DNA from: Octopus vulgaris | Lineage: Eukaryota | Reading direction: 5' to 3' | NCBI GenBank assembly: GCA_951406725.2 | Contig: OX597816.1 | Span: 58,528,001-58,592,000, forward strand | DNA length: 64,000 nt | Shown here: one piece after another, positions 41,227 through 53,328 of the stretch | Numbering within the stretch: position 1 is the stretch's first letter | Layout: the number at the start of each line of letters is the position of its first letter | Program-made: the position numbers and the translations under genes | The notes under the pieces: generated by a model | What the model was told of the DNA's origin: nothing | Seen by the model: the letters and a program-made list of their open reading frames with translations, nothing else | Databases searched by the model: none

Positions 41227-41485
41227 GGTGATTCAAAAGTTTCCATACATAGGAAAATTTTATTTTTTTATAATGAAATAGTTTATAAAATCGCCTAGAT
41301 CCCTTGATCCGACCCTACTTTGCGGGCATTTGAAAGGCACGATTTATTGCAGAAAGATAAAAGACCTAAATCATTTGAAGGAATGCATCACCAACTCCTT
41401 TGCACACGTAACACCAGATGTGCAGTTACGAGTTCACAATGAGTGGGGTAAACCTATTGCAATGTGTATTCAAAACAATGGTGTA
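41222..41485 (+). mobile_element. Tc1/mariner-superfamily remnant (TIR-like end + transposase C-terminus)
   Basis: TACATGGTGATTCAAAAGTT end; PRS.D...GHLKGTIY....DLNHLKECI. Confidence 0.6.
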
Positions 41486-41851
41486 TGTGTGTTTGGATGC
41501 ACTCGACGTGCGACAATTAAACCATTCGTGTTTCGGGTCTAGTGTTAATCGCATAACTCCCGAAGTAAAGGAGTACCGAACCAATACTCATTCTTTCTTC
41601 TCTCATATTTTATCTTTTATCCCTTATTTGTTTCAGTTGTTGAACTGCGGTCATGCTGGGGCACCGCCATGATGAATTTATAGTCGAATTTATTGTCGAA
41701 TGAATCTACCCCAGTATTTATTATAAATTTTTTAAGCAGAGCCGCTAAGTTACAGGGACGTAAGCGCATCACCACCAGTTGTGAGGCAGTGGTGGGGGAC
41801 AAACATAGATACAAAGATACACGTATGTATATATACATGCACATATATATA

Positions 41852-42402
41852 TGGTGGCTGCCCCCTCGTTATCGAATATGGCCATTGCACGAAGTTTAAT
41901 CAATGTTGCTATCGTGCAATGCCTGTGCAATAAGATTTTTTTAAAGTGAGGAAAGGCTGTGCACAGAGTCAATCTCACTCACTAAGCAACAGCAGCCGTA
42001 ACCCGAAAAGAAGAACAAGTCAACATCATCGGTAACCACTGAGCCGCAGGTTTTATGTCGGAGTTATCCCAGTTACCTGAGTTACCTTCTCCTAGAAGGA
42101 TGCCCTAACAAAGGCTAGGAGTCCTTCACTCCCAATGGTTTAACCGCGCGATCGGGTATTCAGTCCGATTATTTCTATGTCCTCGCGCATGATACAGCCT
42201 TAAGACATTTATTGGATGGCCATTGACTCTCGAGAGTTCCTCCGCCCTTTGACGGATCTTGTTTTTCATTCCGCAGGGTGTCCAATAAACACCCTCTTCA
42301 CCAAGCAAGCTTGGTGGAGTTGCCGGTTTAGTCGCCGACGACTTGACCATGCAACAGGTTGTACTGGGTTACATATTACCAGTAGCACTCGAAAGTGACC
42401 TG
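41852..42402 (-). mobile_element. LINE (RTE-like) 5' leader fragment
   Basis: Minus-strand GCCTTTGTTAGGGCATCCTTCTAGGAGAAGGTAACTC resembles the leader motif at about 32470-32515; GC-rich and hairpin-rich. Confidence 0.5.
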
Positions 42403-42422
42403 ATATAAAATATATATACCTG

Positions 42423-42516
<94 letters not shown>

Positions 42517-42550
42517 GTGTGTGTGTGTATGTATATATACATGCACATAT

Positions 42551-43626
42551 ATCCGGATATTGTACGATGGGTTGGTGCCTTCCTCTCAGATCGCTCCTTC
42601 CAAGTTCAAGTTAATGGTTCGTGGTCCGACGTCTCCAGTGCGAGCAGTGGCGTGCCTCAAGGTTCAGTGCTTGGGCCCTTGTTGTTCTTAGTCTTCATAA
42701 ATGACTTGCCCGACGACCTCACGCAACACACCCTTCTATTTGCCGACGATATCAAACTGGTCGCTCCTCGCGGTAGTATAGAGGATCTTCGTCGATGCCT
42801 CCACCAAATTTGGAAGTGGTCTAACGATTGGGACCTGTGTCTGAACGTGTCAAAGTGCTGTCATCTGCCTGTCGGCTCTACTCCTGCAACTCAACTTGAT
42901 TTCGAGCCGGGTCGTCTGCTGCTGGAGAGGACCGATCAGGTAAAGGACCTGGGTATCTTGGTGGATTCCTCCTTTTCGCCTTCGGCCCAGTGCGTCCATG
43001 CTGCCAACAAAGCGCGCGGAAATCTGTTTTTGATTCGACGGTCATTCGGAATGCTCACAGCAGCCATATTCCTACCACTCTATGTCACGCTGGTGAGACC
43101 CATATTGGAGTATGGGATTCAAGCCTCTTCTCCTTATCTCCTCAAAGACATACAGCATCTCGAAAGAGTCCAGAGGCTGGCTACCCGCATGGTTCATGGT
43201 CTCAAAAATTTGTCCTACGAAGAAAGGCTGAGGACGCTCGACCTTTATTCTCTTGAAAAACGCCGCCGCCGTGGTGATCTCATTCTCGCCCACAACATCA
43301 TAAGCGGGAAGTGTAACCTCTCGAAAGAGCTGTTCTTCACTCCTGCTCCGGAGGGTCGGCTGCGGGGTCATTCCGAAAAGCTCTACCTGCGACGATTTCA
43401 TCTCAATCGAAGGAGAGGAGCTTTCTCCGTCCGGGTTGCGGATCCGTGGAACAAGCTGCCAGACGAGATGGTGAAGATGCCGACGACCGCTTTGTTCAAA
43501 GCCTCCCTGGACCTCAAGTGGCCTGAACCCTTTATATGAACACCACCCTGTACTTAACTCCATGTCCCCCTACATGGCGTTGCTATTTGCTTTTGAGCCA
43601 AATTAACTAACTAACTAACTAACTAA
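42551..43626 (+). mobile_element. Second 5'-truncated copy of the CR1-group LINE
   Basis: About 99% identical (by eye) to 18214-19284; open frame to TGA at 43539; (AACT)n tail. Confidence 0.95.
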
Positions 43627-43647
43627 CATATATAAGTACACACACAC

Positions 43648-43803
<156 letters not shown>

Positions 43804-43840
43804 AAATAGATGGAGCAAGAACACACACGAAGACAGAGAG

Positions 43841-43885
43841 TGTTGCTGAAGAGTTCACAGATATGTGACGAAAGATTTTTGGACA
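43841..43885 (+). ncRNA. Decayed hammerhead motif (family of 51219)
   Basis: CTGAAGA-GTTCAC..GTGAC-GAAA. Confidence 0.5.
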
Positions 43886-44535
43886 ATGGACATGAGTTAG
43901 AATAAGAACAGTGACAAACGAGTGAAGAACGAATATATAGTGCCTGTGTTTATTTGGCTAAAAAGAATGACCATCCCGAAATGCAATACGACGGGGTTCT
44001 TTCAGTTTACCAAATCCATACAGAAGGTTTAATTAATCCGAGGCTAGTGTTGAAGACACTTGCCTAAGTTGCTACGCAGGGCAACTGAACCGGGACCCAT
44101 GTGGTTAAGAAGAAAAATTCTCACCACATTATTTATAATTCATTCTGCTTATTTCCAGCTCTCCAAAGTTTGAGACACGGGGCCTTTGAGCAAGGGGGAA
44201 CTTGTCTACCTGACACCAGAGACCTGGTGTAACGTATGTCAGAGGCCCGGCTCTCTTCTGAGTTTGTATGTCTTAACGCCAGGACTATTTTTTGTGAATC
44301 ACCACATTACTGGGACCCTTGACAGGTACTGTTACCCTAAGCCACAGCGAACCTGGAAATTGTGATGTCTAAGACGTAATTCCATACTCACCGGAACTCC
44401 TGAATATCCAAGTTGGAAACTCACCGCCAGAGGCGGTTTAAAATCTTTGCCAGGACAAACATACCACTATATATTTTAATCATAGTATTGAGATAAAATA
44501 CCCCAATATATCTTAAATATAGTATGAATATTACG

Positions 44536-44860
44536 TGGCACTCCGTCGGTTACGACGACGAGGGTTCCAGTTGATCCGATCAACGGAACAGCCTACTCGT
44601 GAAATTATCGTGTAAGTGGCTGAGCACTCCACAGACACATGTTCCCTTAACGTAATTCCCAGGGAGATTCAGCGTGACACAGAGCGTGACAAGACTGGCC
44701 CTTTGAAATGCAGGTACTACTCATTTTTGCCAGCTGAGTGGACTGGAACGACGTGAAATAAAGTGTCTTGCTCAAGGACACAACGCGTTGCTGGGAATTG
44801 AACTCACGACCGTACGATCGTGAGCCGAATGCCCTGACCACTAAGCCACGCGCCTTCACA
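44536..44860 (-). mobile_element. Full-length SINE family C
   Basis: A box TGGCTTAGTGG, B box GAGTTCAATTCCC, CORE-like segment and 3' ...GACGGAGTGCCA. Confidence 0.9.
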
Positions 44861-44943
44861 TATTTTAAACAGGATGCTAAAGTAAAGTACCTGTATGCAT
44901 ATGAAGCATTCTCTCAATATAATATACTCCTATATATATATAC

Positions 44944-45182
44944 AAGGCGGTGAGCTGGCAGAAACGTTAGCACGCCGGGCGAAATGCTCAGCAGTATTTC
45001 GTCTGCCGTTACGTTCTGAGTTCAAATCCCGCCGAGGTCGACTTTGCCTTTCATGTTCTGAGTTCAAATTCCGCTGAGGTCGACTTTGTCTTTCATCCTT
45101 TCGTGTTCGATAAATTAATAGCCAGATCTACTCGACTGCCCCCTACCGCAAAATTTCGGGCCTTGTGCCAAGAGTAGAAAAA
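44944..45182 (+). mobile_element. SINE family B with internal ~42-bp duplication
   Basis: GTTCTGAGTTCAAAT..GAGGTCGACTTTG.CTTTCAT occurs twice. Confidence 0.88.
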
Positions 45183-45627
45183 ATATACTTCTATATATCA
45201 TAAACTTCGTGTTTATATATAAAAATATCCCTATATATTTTAAAGAGGGTGCATGTGAAGTACCCCAATATATATATATATAAAGCATTCTCACTACAAG
45301 ATATACCCATATATATCATAAATACTATGTTTATGTAAACAAAATCGCATCAGTTATGATCTTCCAACAAATTTACTCTATTCTGAGAACATTTGATTTC
45401 TCGTTCGATAGAATGGTAAAATAAAATAAAATAAAATAAAATAAAATAAAGAGCGAAATGTTTAGTGTTGAATCCTCGGGGACAGAGTGTGCAGCTTTTG
45501 TGACGGAACCTAGTCATTCAGTTGATGGACCGACATGTTGGCACTCGACCATTGGGGACAGCCACCATTTTATGTTAATATTTATTTTAAATAAAATTAA
45601 AAATGAATTAACAAATAACATTTTTGA

Positions 45628-45685
<58 letters not shown>

Positions 45686-46042
45686 GTAATAATATAAATA
45701 TTATACTATCGGCACCCCTATCAAATTGACTTTCCAATTACGTATCCATGCTGACGTTTTTTTTTTTTTTTTAAAAAGCAATATTATAATGTAATTGATA
45801 TCGTATTTACATAAGATTAAGTCTAAATTTCCTCCTAACTCAAATGAATTTTAATTATTATCCTGCTGTTAGTTTGCTTAAAAATGTAGTGGTGTTGCAT
45901 TAGGTTTGTGTTTCTAGCTCGCCGTCAAAATACCCAAGTTCGTTCTGGGGTGAGATTTCGCAAGATCCATTCAGCCTGAAATTGTATGACTACAACAAGT
46001 AAAGATATTATGTGGGTATATACATACCTACACACACACACA

Positions 46043-46098
<56 letters not shown>

Positions 46099-46215
46099 CA
46101 TATATATATATATGTACATACATACATATACCTACATATATATATGCATATATATAATATATATATTTATATACAATTATATACGTATTTATGTATATAA
46201 ATGTATAAGTTGGTA

Positions 46216-46278
<63 letters not shown>

Positions 46279-46626
46279 GTATGCACGTATGCACACAGAA
46301 ACTAACACACGCACACACACGTGTGTAAGTATATATGCCTATATATGCTTATAGACTCTTTGTCACATAAAATAAAGAACATGCACAGGCACACGCAACT
46401 CGTTTCTATGTCTCACCGTCCGTCTGTATGTATGTGTACACGCAAAGTATACATACATGGGAACATGCGAACATGCAAGATATTCGTCCTAACGTGGTCT
46501 ATAAAGGAGGCCCAGTCTCTGCACCACGGAAAGAACTAGGGAACGCTGTGAAGCAGAAATTAATTAGTATTAGTTTGTTTAAACCGCGAAAAGTGATACT
46601 AGAGAGAGGGAGAAAAATGCAAATAC

Positions 46627-46990
46627 GTATGGTTGTGTAGTTAAGAAACTTGCATTGCAACCTCGCAGTTTCGCGGTCAGTCCTACTGCGCGGTTCTTTG
46701 AGTAAGTGTCTTTTACTATAACCCTGGGCGAATCAATGTTTTGTGAGTGGATTTAGTCGATTGCATGCAAGCCTGTCGTATATACACATGTGTGTGCTAG
46801 CGCGCGGCGTATGCGTGTGTCCTCGTTTTGCCCTCCACACTGTCGCGACAGTGTGGAGGGCAAAAGTACCAACAGAGAATAAATATCAGGATGAAAAAAA
46901 AAACATGTTCTGGGCCGGTTTTTTCGACTAAGCCCATCAAGGCGAGGACCCAGAATCGCTGAAATGCAATGACTGAAACAAGTGAAAGAT
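46627..46990 (+). mobile_element. Degenerate SINE family A
   Basis: Diverged head and 3' GACTGAAACAAGT. Confidence 0.75.
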
Positions 46991-47028
46991 AATATATGAA
47001 ACTATATTCCGATGTTTATAATGTGTGC

Positions 47029-47228
47029 AAGGTAGAGAACTAGCAGAATTGTTAGCACGCCGGACAAAATGCTAAGCGGTATTTCGACCGTCTTTACGTT
47101 CTTAGTTCGACTTCGCCTCTCATCCTTTCGAGGTCGATAAAAGAAGAACCAGTTGAACTATTGGGGTCGTTATATTCGACTGACCTCGTCCCCGAAAATT
47201 GCTGACCTTGTGCTAAAATTTAAAACCT
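47029..47228 (+). mobile_element. SINE family B
   Basis: Family match. Confidence 0.8.
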
Positions 47229-47400
47229 ATATATGCAATGTGTATGACTTGAAAAAAAGGGAGAGCATATTAGGGCCCCTCACATATCTTTGACATTCAT
47301 GAAAATGCCTTCGCTCTTGTTTAGAAATTGCAGGCGAAAATTGAGAATAGACATATACATGTATACCAAACTGTCCACTCTCATCCAGATTTCACAAAAT

Positions 47401-47649
47401 GAAATTATCGTGTAAGTGACTGAGCACTCTACAGACACATGTTCCCTTAACGAAATTCTCAAGGAGATTCAGCGTGACACAGAGCGTGACAAGACTGGCC
47501 CTTTGAAATGCAGGTACTACTCATTTTTCCCAGCTGAGTGGACTGGAACGACATGAAATAAAGTGTCTTGCTCAAGGACACAACGCGTTGCTGGGAATTG
47601 AACTCACGACCTTACGATCGTGAGCCGAATGCCCTGACCACTAAGCCAC
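47401..47649 (-). mobile_element. Partial SINE family C, near-identical to 44601-44849
   Basis: Shares variants absent from the 30063 copy. Confidence 0.88.
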
Positions 47650-48047
47650 TCTCACCTTAATTTTCAAGTAGTTTTTGAAAAGGTTGATGAAAACTTGACT
47701 GTGAAATAAAGGCTTTGAATAGTCTTCGAAATCATGTCTTTTCATCATTGACATCAGATTCAGGAAAACTACGATCCGTTTCTCAGTAAAAAAAAGACAA
47801 AAAAAAACAATAGGGGCAGGATAATCTTTACGACGGACTTGGCTGGAAGCTGGGACTAAACGACAAGGGACTGCAGCTGCTGGACATAAAGCAATGATTA
47901 AGCGATTGAGTTTGGTCGCTCTCTGCAAGAATTCATGTTTCAGAGGCTACGTTGCTTAATCTTGAGCGGCTGACATGATTCCGGAAGCCAGACGTCCAGT
48001 TTTGATCTGTGCTTGATCAATGGCAACAGTTAGTGAAACAGTTCAGA

Positions 48048-48098
<51 letters not shown>

Positions 48099-48217
48099 GT
48101 CGTCGTCGTCGTCATCATCATCGTCATCATCATCGTCGTCATCATCATCATCATCATCATCATCGTCGTCGTCGTCGTCGTCGTCATCATCATCATCACC
48201 ATCATCGTCGTCGTCTT

Positions 48218-48502
48218 CATTTAACGTCTGTTTTCCATGCTGGTGTGGGTTGGACGGTTTGACTGAGGAGTGGCAAGCCAGAAAGCTGCACCAGGCTCCA
48301 ATCTGATCTGCAAGGTTTCTACAGCTGGGTGCCCTTCCTAACGCCAACCACTCCGAGAGTGTAGCGGATGCTTTTTACGTGCCACCGGCACAGGAGCCAG
48401 TTAAGCGTGCCTGGCATTGGCCACGTTCGGATGATGCTTTATACGTGCCACCGGCACAGGAGCCAGTCAGGGGGTACTGGTATCGGCCACGTTCGGATGG
48501 TG
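48218..48502 (-). mobile_element. SINE-like element with (GAT)n tail
   Basis: Minus-strand GGTTGGCGTTAGGAAGGGCA.CCAGCTGTAGAAA motif; internal ~60-bp tandem ACGTGCCACCGGCACAGGAGCCAG. Confidence 0.65.
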
Positions 48503-49427
48503 ATCCACACTTGCTCCAAATCCAAGAATTTGTCCAGGTGCCGCATCCTCAGAACATCTTTTCGCATCATCAGTCACAGTATCATGATACCTCAACACAG
48601 TAGACATTGGCAGCAAATGAACCCTCAGAAGTCATTTGTATAGGAAAAAAAAGTGGGGAACACTCCAAGCTGGTCATGTTTGGCTTGAGACAAGGCACGA
48701 TGGTCAGTGATGAACAAGTTATAGAGACGATATGGGAGTTCGATACCTTCCACCCAAACTTTCAGGAGAAGCTGTCTTCCAGCCTATTTCTGATTGACGT
48801 CTGGATCAATTCGACCCTCAGTAGCAATAACAGAACCGAGTTCCTCTCTGGCTATCGGATCGCAATCCCACCGATTTCCCCTGGTTAATACAGCCTCATG
48901 CTAGGCCCTCATATTCCATCCTATATGATATCGGTCACTCTAAATCCCGCGATGTCCAACACTATGACGGTGGCGTGCCCCTCCCCTCCAACCTACTGAC
49001 ACACCATTCGCCTGTGTCCCACTTCCAGCAGAATCTCCCTCAACTGATCTAACTTCAAGCTGGATATGGCATAGTTATTTGCTTCAAACCAGTCGGAAAA
49101 TTTGAAATAGTTTTCGTAGCATTTTTATTTAAAGTTGCAGGATTATAATTGACTACATATAAAATATTTCCTATAATCCTACTTTAATAACTAAATAATT
49201 GAATTTTTTAATTACTTTAGCATAAAGAAAGGAAGGAAAGAAGAGAAAGTAATTTATTTATTCTTCAATTGTAGGTTTCGATCTCGCTACTATAAAGGAA
49301 TAATCCACGTCATTATTTATTAGGGAAGCGTTTTAATTCTGAGCCTATCTCCCCACCCTGATATCAGTTACTTTATTGCTAAGTTAGCAATATATTAATG
49401 TACATTCATGTAGATCTGTTGTTTAGG

Positions 49428-49818
49428 TAGGCGCAAGCGTGGCTATGGGGTAAGGCGTGGCTGTCTGCTTCTCTATCACATGGTTAGGGGTTTTGTCCAT
49501 TGCGTAGCATCTTGGGCAAATGTCTTCTATAGACTCGAGCCAACCAAAGCCTTGTGAGTGAGTTTGGGAAACGGAAAATGAAGAAACCCCACCGTATGTG
49601 TGTGTGTTCGTCTCCACCTCCACCGCCTAATAATCGGTGTTGGTTTTTTTTTGCGTCCCTGTAAATTAGCGGTTCAGCGAAAGAGATTGACAAAATAAGC
49701 ATCAGGCTTTAAAAAATATAAAAACTGGTGGGGGGTGGGTCGATTCGTTCCATTAAAATTCTTCAAGGTGGTGCCCCAGCATGGCCGCAGTCTAATGAGT
49801 TAAACAAGTAAAAGATAA
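49428..49818 (+). mobile_element. Degenerate SINE family A
   Basis: Family match. Confidence 0.8.
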
Positions 49819-50166
49819 CATGTCTTTAAAAAAGTAGAAATATTGGATTATGCCGTCTTAAATATCTGAAAAAAGTAAGACTGCAAGGTCAGAACTGGAA
49901 TCGTTTTCATCATAGGTCCATTTACTCAGGGCTAACCTAGGGATAAATTACAGCGAATACTGCAGTAAATTTACCTTTTTCACTTTGTATACATTAAGCA
50001 TGATACACAAGTAGCTAGTTTATTCTAATACTTCTTCAACCGAATTCTATTCAGACAGAAGGCTAATTGCAACACTAGTGATTGTTCGTTCACCGCTTTC
50101 TTATACCGGTAAGGACGGATTGCGTCTTGGTATGCGATATTTCTATCCCTGTTTATTTTTGTGTTC

Positions 50167-50202
50167 CTTTCTGTCGAAGAGTGTAGGCTCGAAACGTAAA
50201 AG
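50167..50202 (+). ncRNA. Minimal hammerhead-like motif
   Basis: CTTT-CTGTCGAA-GAGT gtag GCTC-GAAA-CG-TA-AAAG. Confidence 0.6.
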
Positions 50203-50420
50203 ACTTTCTCACTTCCCGACCGCTAAACTGATACATCTGTTTGTTGGTTACACACCCGTCTTCGTCTTTTGTCTTTTTTTTTGTAAATTCTCACTATATA
50301 TTTATGCATGCATGCATGCATGTATGTATGTATGTATGTATGTATGTATGTATGTATGTATGTATGTATGTATGTATGTATGTATGTATGTATGTATGTA
50401 GGTAGGTAGGTATATATGTA

Positions 50421-50489
<69 letters not shown>

Positions 50490-50500
50490 ATATATATAGA

Positions 50501-50545
50501 CACCTCTGATGAGAACCCAATAAGTTTCGAAAATCGATTATGGTT
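50501..50545 (+). ncRNA. Minimal hammerhead motif
   Basis: CTGATGA-GAAC..GTTTC-GAAA with AATCGATT palindrome; stem I weak. Confidence 0.55.
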
Positions 50546-50599
50546 GTTCATTTTTTTCAGCTTACGGAGAAATGGCTAAAATTTGCTCTGCTTATAATT

Positions 50600-50885
50600 A
50601 TGCCATATGTTACATATGAATATATGCGAAAGAGGTTTCAAATGAAGTTATGCAAACCAGCTCTCTTCTTTTTTGGCACTTTGACAAAAATAAATCCATT
50701 AAGTTGACTAGGCACTTATGAGTTTGAAGACCAGTTGCATACCACATATAATCAAGGGCAGAATCGCAGTGAAATCCATGCCATATGTAAATGGATCTAA
50801 GAAATACAACCTATGTGTAGCTGAAAAATCGCGCATTTTTCTTTTAGATCCAAAAATTTCAGTAAATCATGTATATCGAGAAATT
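50600..50885 (+). mobile_element. Decayed Naiad-type PLE GIY-YIG C-terminus
   Basis: IKGRIAVKSMPYVNGSKKYNLCVAEK..LDPK aligns to IHWKILAKCKPYTNGSGRCGLCDMER..LDPT of the 11350 ORF. Confidence 0.7.
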
Positions 50886-51049
50886 CTTTTTGGGGGAACT
50901 GGAGGAGGACGCCATCCTATGCGGATTGAGCAGTTGCCTCGCAGACTTTGGACTCCTCTCTGTGGAATTATTCTAAAGCAAATGTTTATTATGGTCTTAA
51001 TCTGTGTGTATTGGCATATCCCATAGTGTGGTTGCTTTTATTATTATTA

Positions 51050-51084
<35 letters not shown>

Positions 51085-51165
51085 GTTGTTGTTGTTGTTG
51101 TTGTTGTTGCTGTTGTTGTTGTTGTTGTTATTATTATTATTAATGATAATAATAATAATAACAAC

Positions 51166-51213
<48 letters not shown>

Positions 51214-51218
51214 TTATA

Positions 51219-51263
51219 TGTCAGAGTTTTTTCGTCACACATTCTGTGATCTCTTCAATGACA
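51219..51263 (-). ncRNA. Hammerhead-like motif; inverted diverged copy at 51348-51391(+)
   Basis: TGTCA-TTGAAGA-GATCAC..GTGAC-GAAA-AAAC-TC-TGACA. Confidence 0.6.
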
Positions 51264-51458
51264 TTTTATTTTGACTTTCTGATAACACGGGAAGACAAAA
51301 TGGAAGAGACAGAACACGATCAGAGAGAAGAAGAGACACTAAAGAAAGTCATTGAAGCGGTCACAGAATATGGGACGAAAGAACTTTGACACATAAACTA
51401 ATAGGTGCGTATGCTTAGTTGGCAAAAGATGACAATCCCCATATATAACAATATAACA

Positions 51459-51526
<68 letters not shown>

Positions 51527-51824
51527 CAAAATGGGACAAGAACGCAAAACATCCAAATAGACGATACAAAAAACACGGACGGGTCATTTGAAGCCTTTAA
51601 TCTTCAGTCAAGAACCGGATCATCCTCGCAATTTCGGCTGATTAATCTTGAGATTGCTCTAATCTGGCCAGCCCCAATGAAAAACTAAGCTAAGAGCATT
51701 AGATTCCTTGGGAAAAGGATCGAATGTATACGAAACAAGGACAGAAAAACGGACGATGTTACTCGAATATAAATACAAAAAAAAATAATACGAATACAAA
51801 TACATAAAAAAACACAACAATAAC

Positions 51825-51980
<156 letters not shown>

Positions 51981-51984
51981 AAAA

Positions 51985-52263
51985 GCTGATTGCTAACATA
52001 ATGTGACTGTCCTATTCATTAGCCCCAGGAAACGTCGTTTCTGGCTGGCTATTCGACACAATATCTGTGTCCTTATATTTTCGAATAGGGAGTTCAGCAC
52101 TCCCATCCAGCGCAAAACAACATCTGTGGACTAGTTTCTGAGTTATTGCTCTTTATCAACAAAGAGTATCTGCTCGGCTAGATGGCGTTGCTGAACTCAC
52201 CGTTCGAATATATAGTTTTCAAAGTGACACGCAGTCACTGATCTAAAAATTGAACAAATAGCC
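51985..52263 (+). ncRNA. Multi-domain structured RNA element, structural homolog of the 359-bp unit
   Basis: Nested stems (GGCTATT/AATAGCC, GACAC/GTGTC, TTCGAAT/GTTCGAA, GAGTTCAGCA/TGCTGAACTC, TGCTCTTT/AAAGAGTA, AGTGAC/GTCACT), with G-U pairs on the + strand. Confidence 0.7.
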
Positions 52264-52739
52264 GTTGTGGTTAGCCGACATCTGGAACCGAGTTAAGAGG
52301 AGACATGATAACCGCCAGGAAAATATATCCCTTTAAACTCATTTTTGGAAACATGTATATACTCATATATATACAGAGTATGAAGGTTTAGTTCACAGGT
52401 GATCTAAACAATTAGGTACGCTAAGTAGGTGTTGTAACGAATTCTATTATTGAACGTTGGTATGCTCGCGTCTTTTTCTTGAGATGTCTACTATATAAGG
52501 ACTTTAACCCACATGGATATACGCAGGATTTCACCTAAAGACTTACGCTCATGGATCTTCGCAGGATTGCACCTAAGGACTCATGCTCTGGTTTCTATAA
52601 CTTCGGAAAGTTGAGCTATGAAATTTAATGCCTCTTTTTTCTTCTCTCTTTCCATCTCCTTATTCTTTTACTCTCTACCTCTATGTTGTCATCTTGTTGC
52701 TGCATACCATTCTCATTATCCATATTTTCCCCCAATTTG

Positions 52740-52793
52740 TCTCTGATGACGGAATATGCCTTACTCGAGGATATCCAAGAAACAGCTGTAAGA
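52740..52793 (+). ncRNA. Type I hammerhead motif in PLE 3' terminal region
   Basis: TCT-CTGATGA-CGGAATAT..ATATCCA-AGAAA-CAGCTG-TA-AGA; palindromic ACAGCTGT; the region ends in (TA)n. Confidence 0.75.
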
Positions 52794-52875
52794 TTTTCAA
52801 TTTCTTCCTGTAATAATATTGTATACGACTTGAGATGTTTGCCTTGCCCTAATGCTTGATGTCCTGTTTAACAAT

Positions 52876-52945
<70 letters not shown>

Positions 52946-53287
52946 TGGTAAAGTAAAAAAAAATTCACTTTACCACACACCGAACTTTTCAGAAATAGCA
53001 GCCAAAAATTAGGCTATTTCTTCAACTGCAAATAAAAGTCTCCAGACAATGCATACTCAGAAAATAACTCACATAGGTATAAGGGAAAAACAATGAAAGA
53101 TCACATCCATATAACGATACCCGAGGACAGTCTGTTTCTGGATTTGTGGGTAATTTTTTTACTTTACCATATTTTTATAAATTAATACTTCAAATATACC
53201 GTAAATGGTCTTTACATACCGAATACTGCTTGGTCGAATTTATTAACAATTAATTAATTCTACCCCTTTTTTTGATTTTTTTTTTGA

Positions 53288-53328
<41 letters not shown>

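Noticed and set aside
44780-44860. tRNA genes at SINE heads
   Set aside because: A and B boxes are present but there is no complete cloverleaf, and each continues into a SINE body.
48500-49070. GC-richer segment that might be coding
   Set aside because: No recognisable motif or splice structure; possibly a decayed LINE, but I cannot support it.
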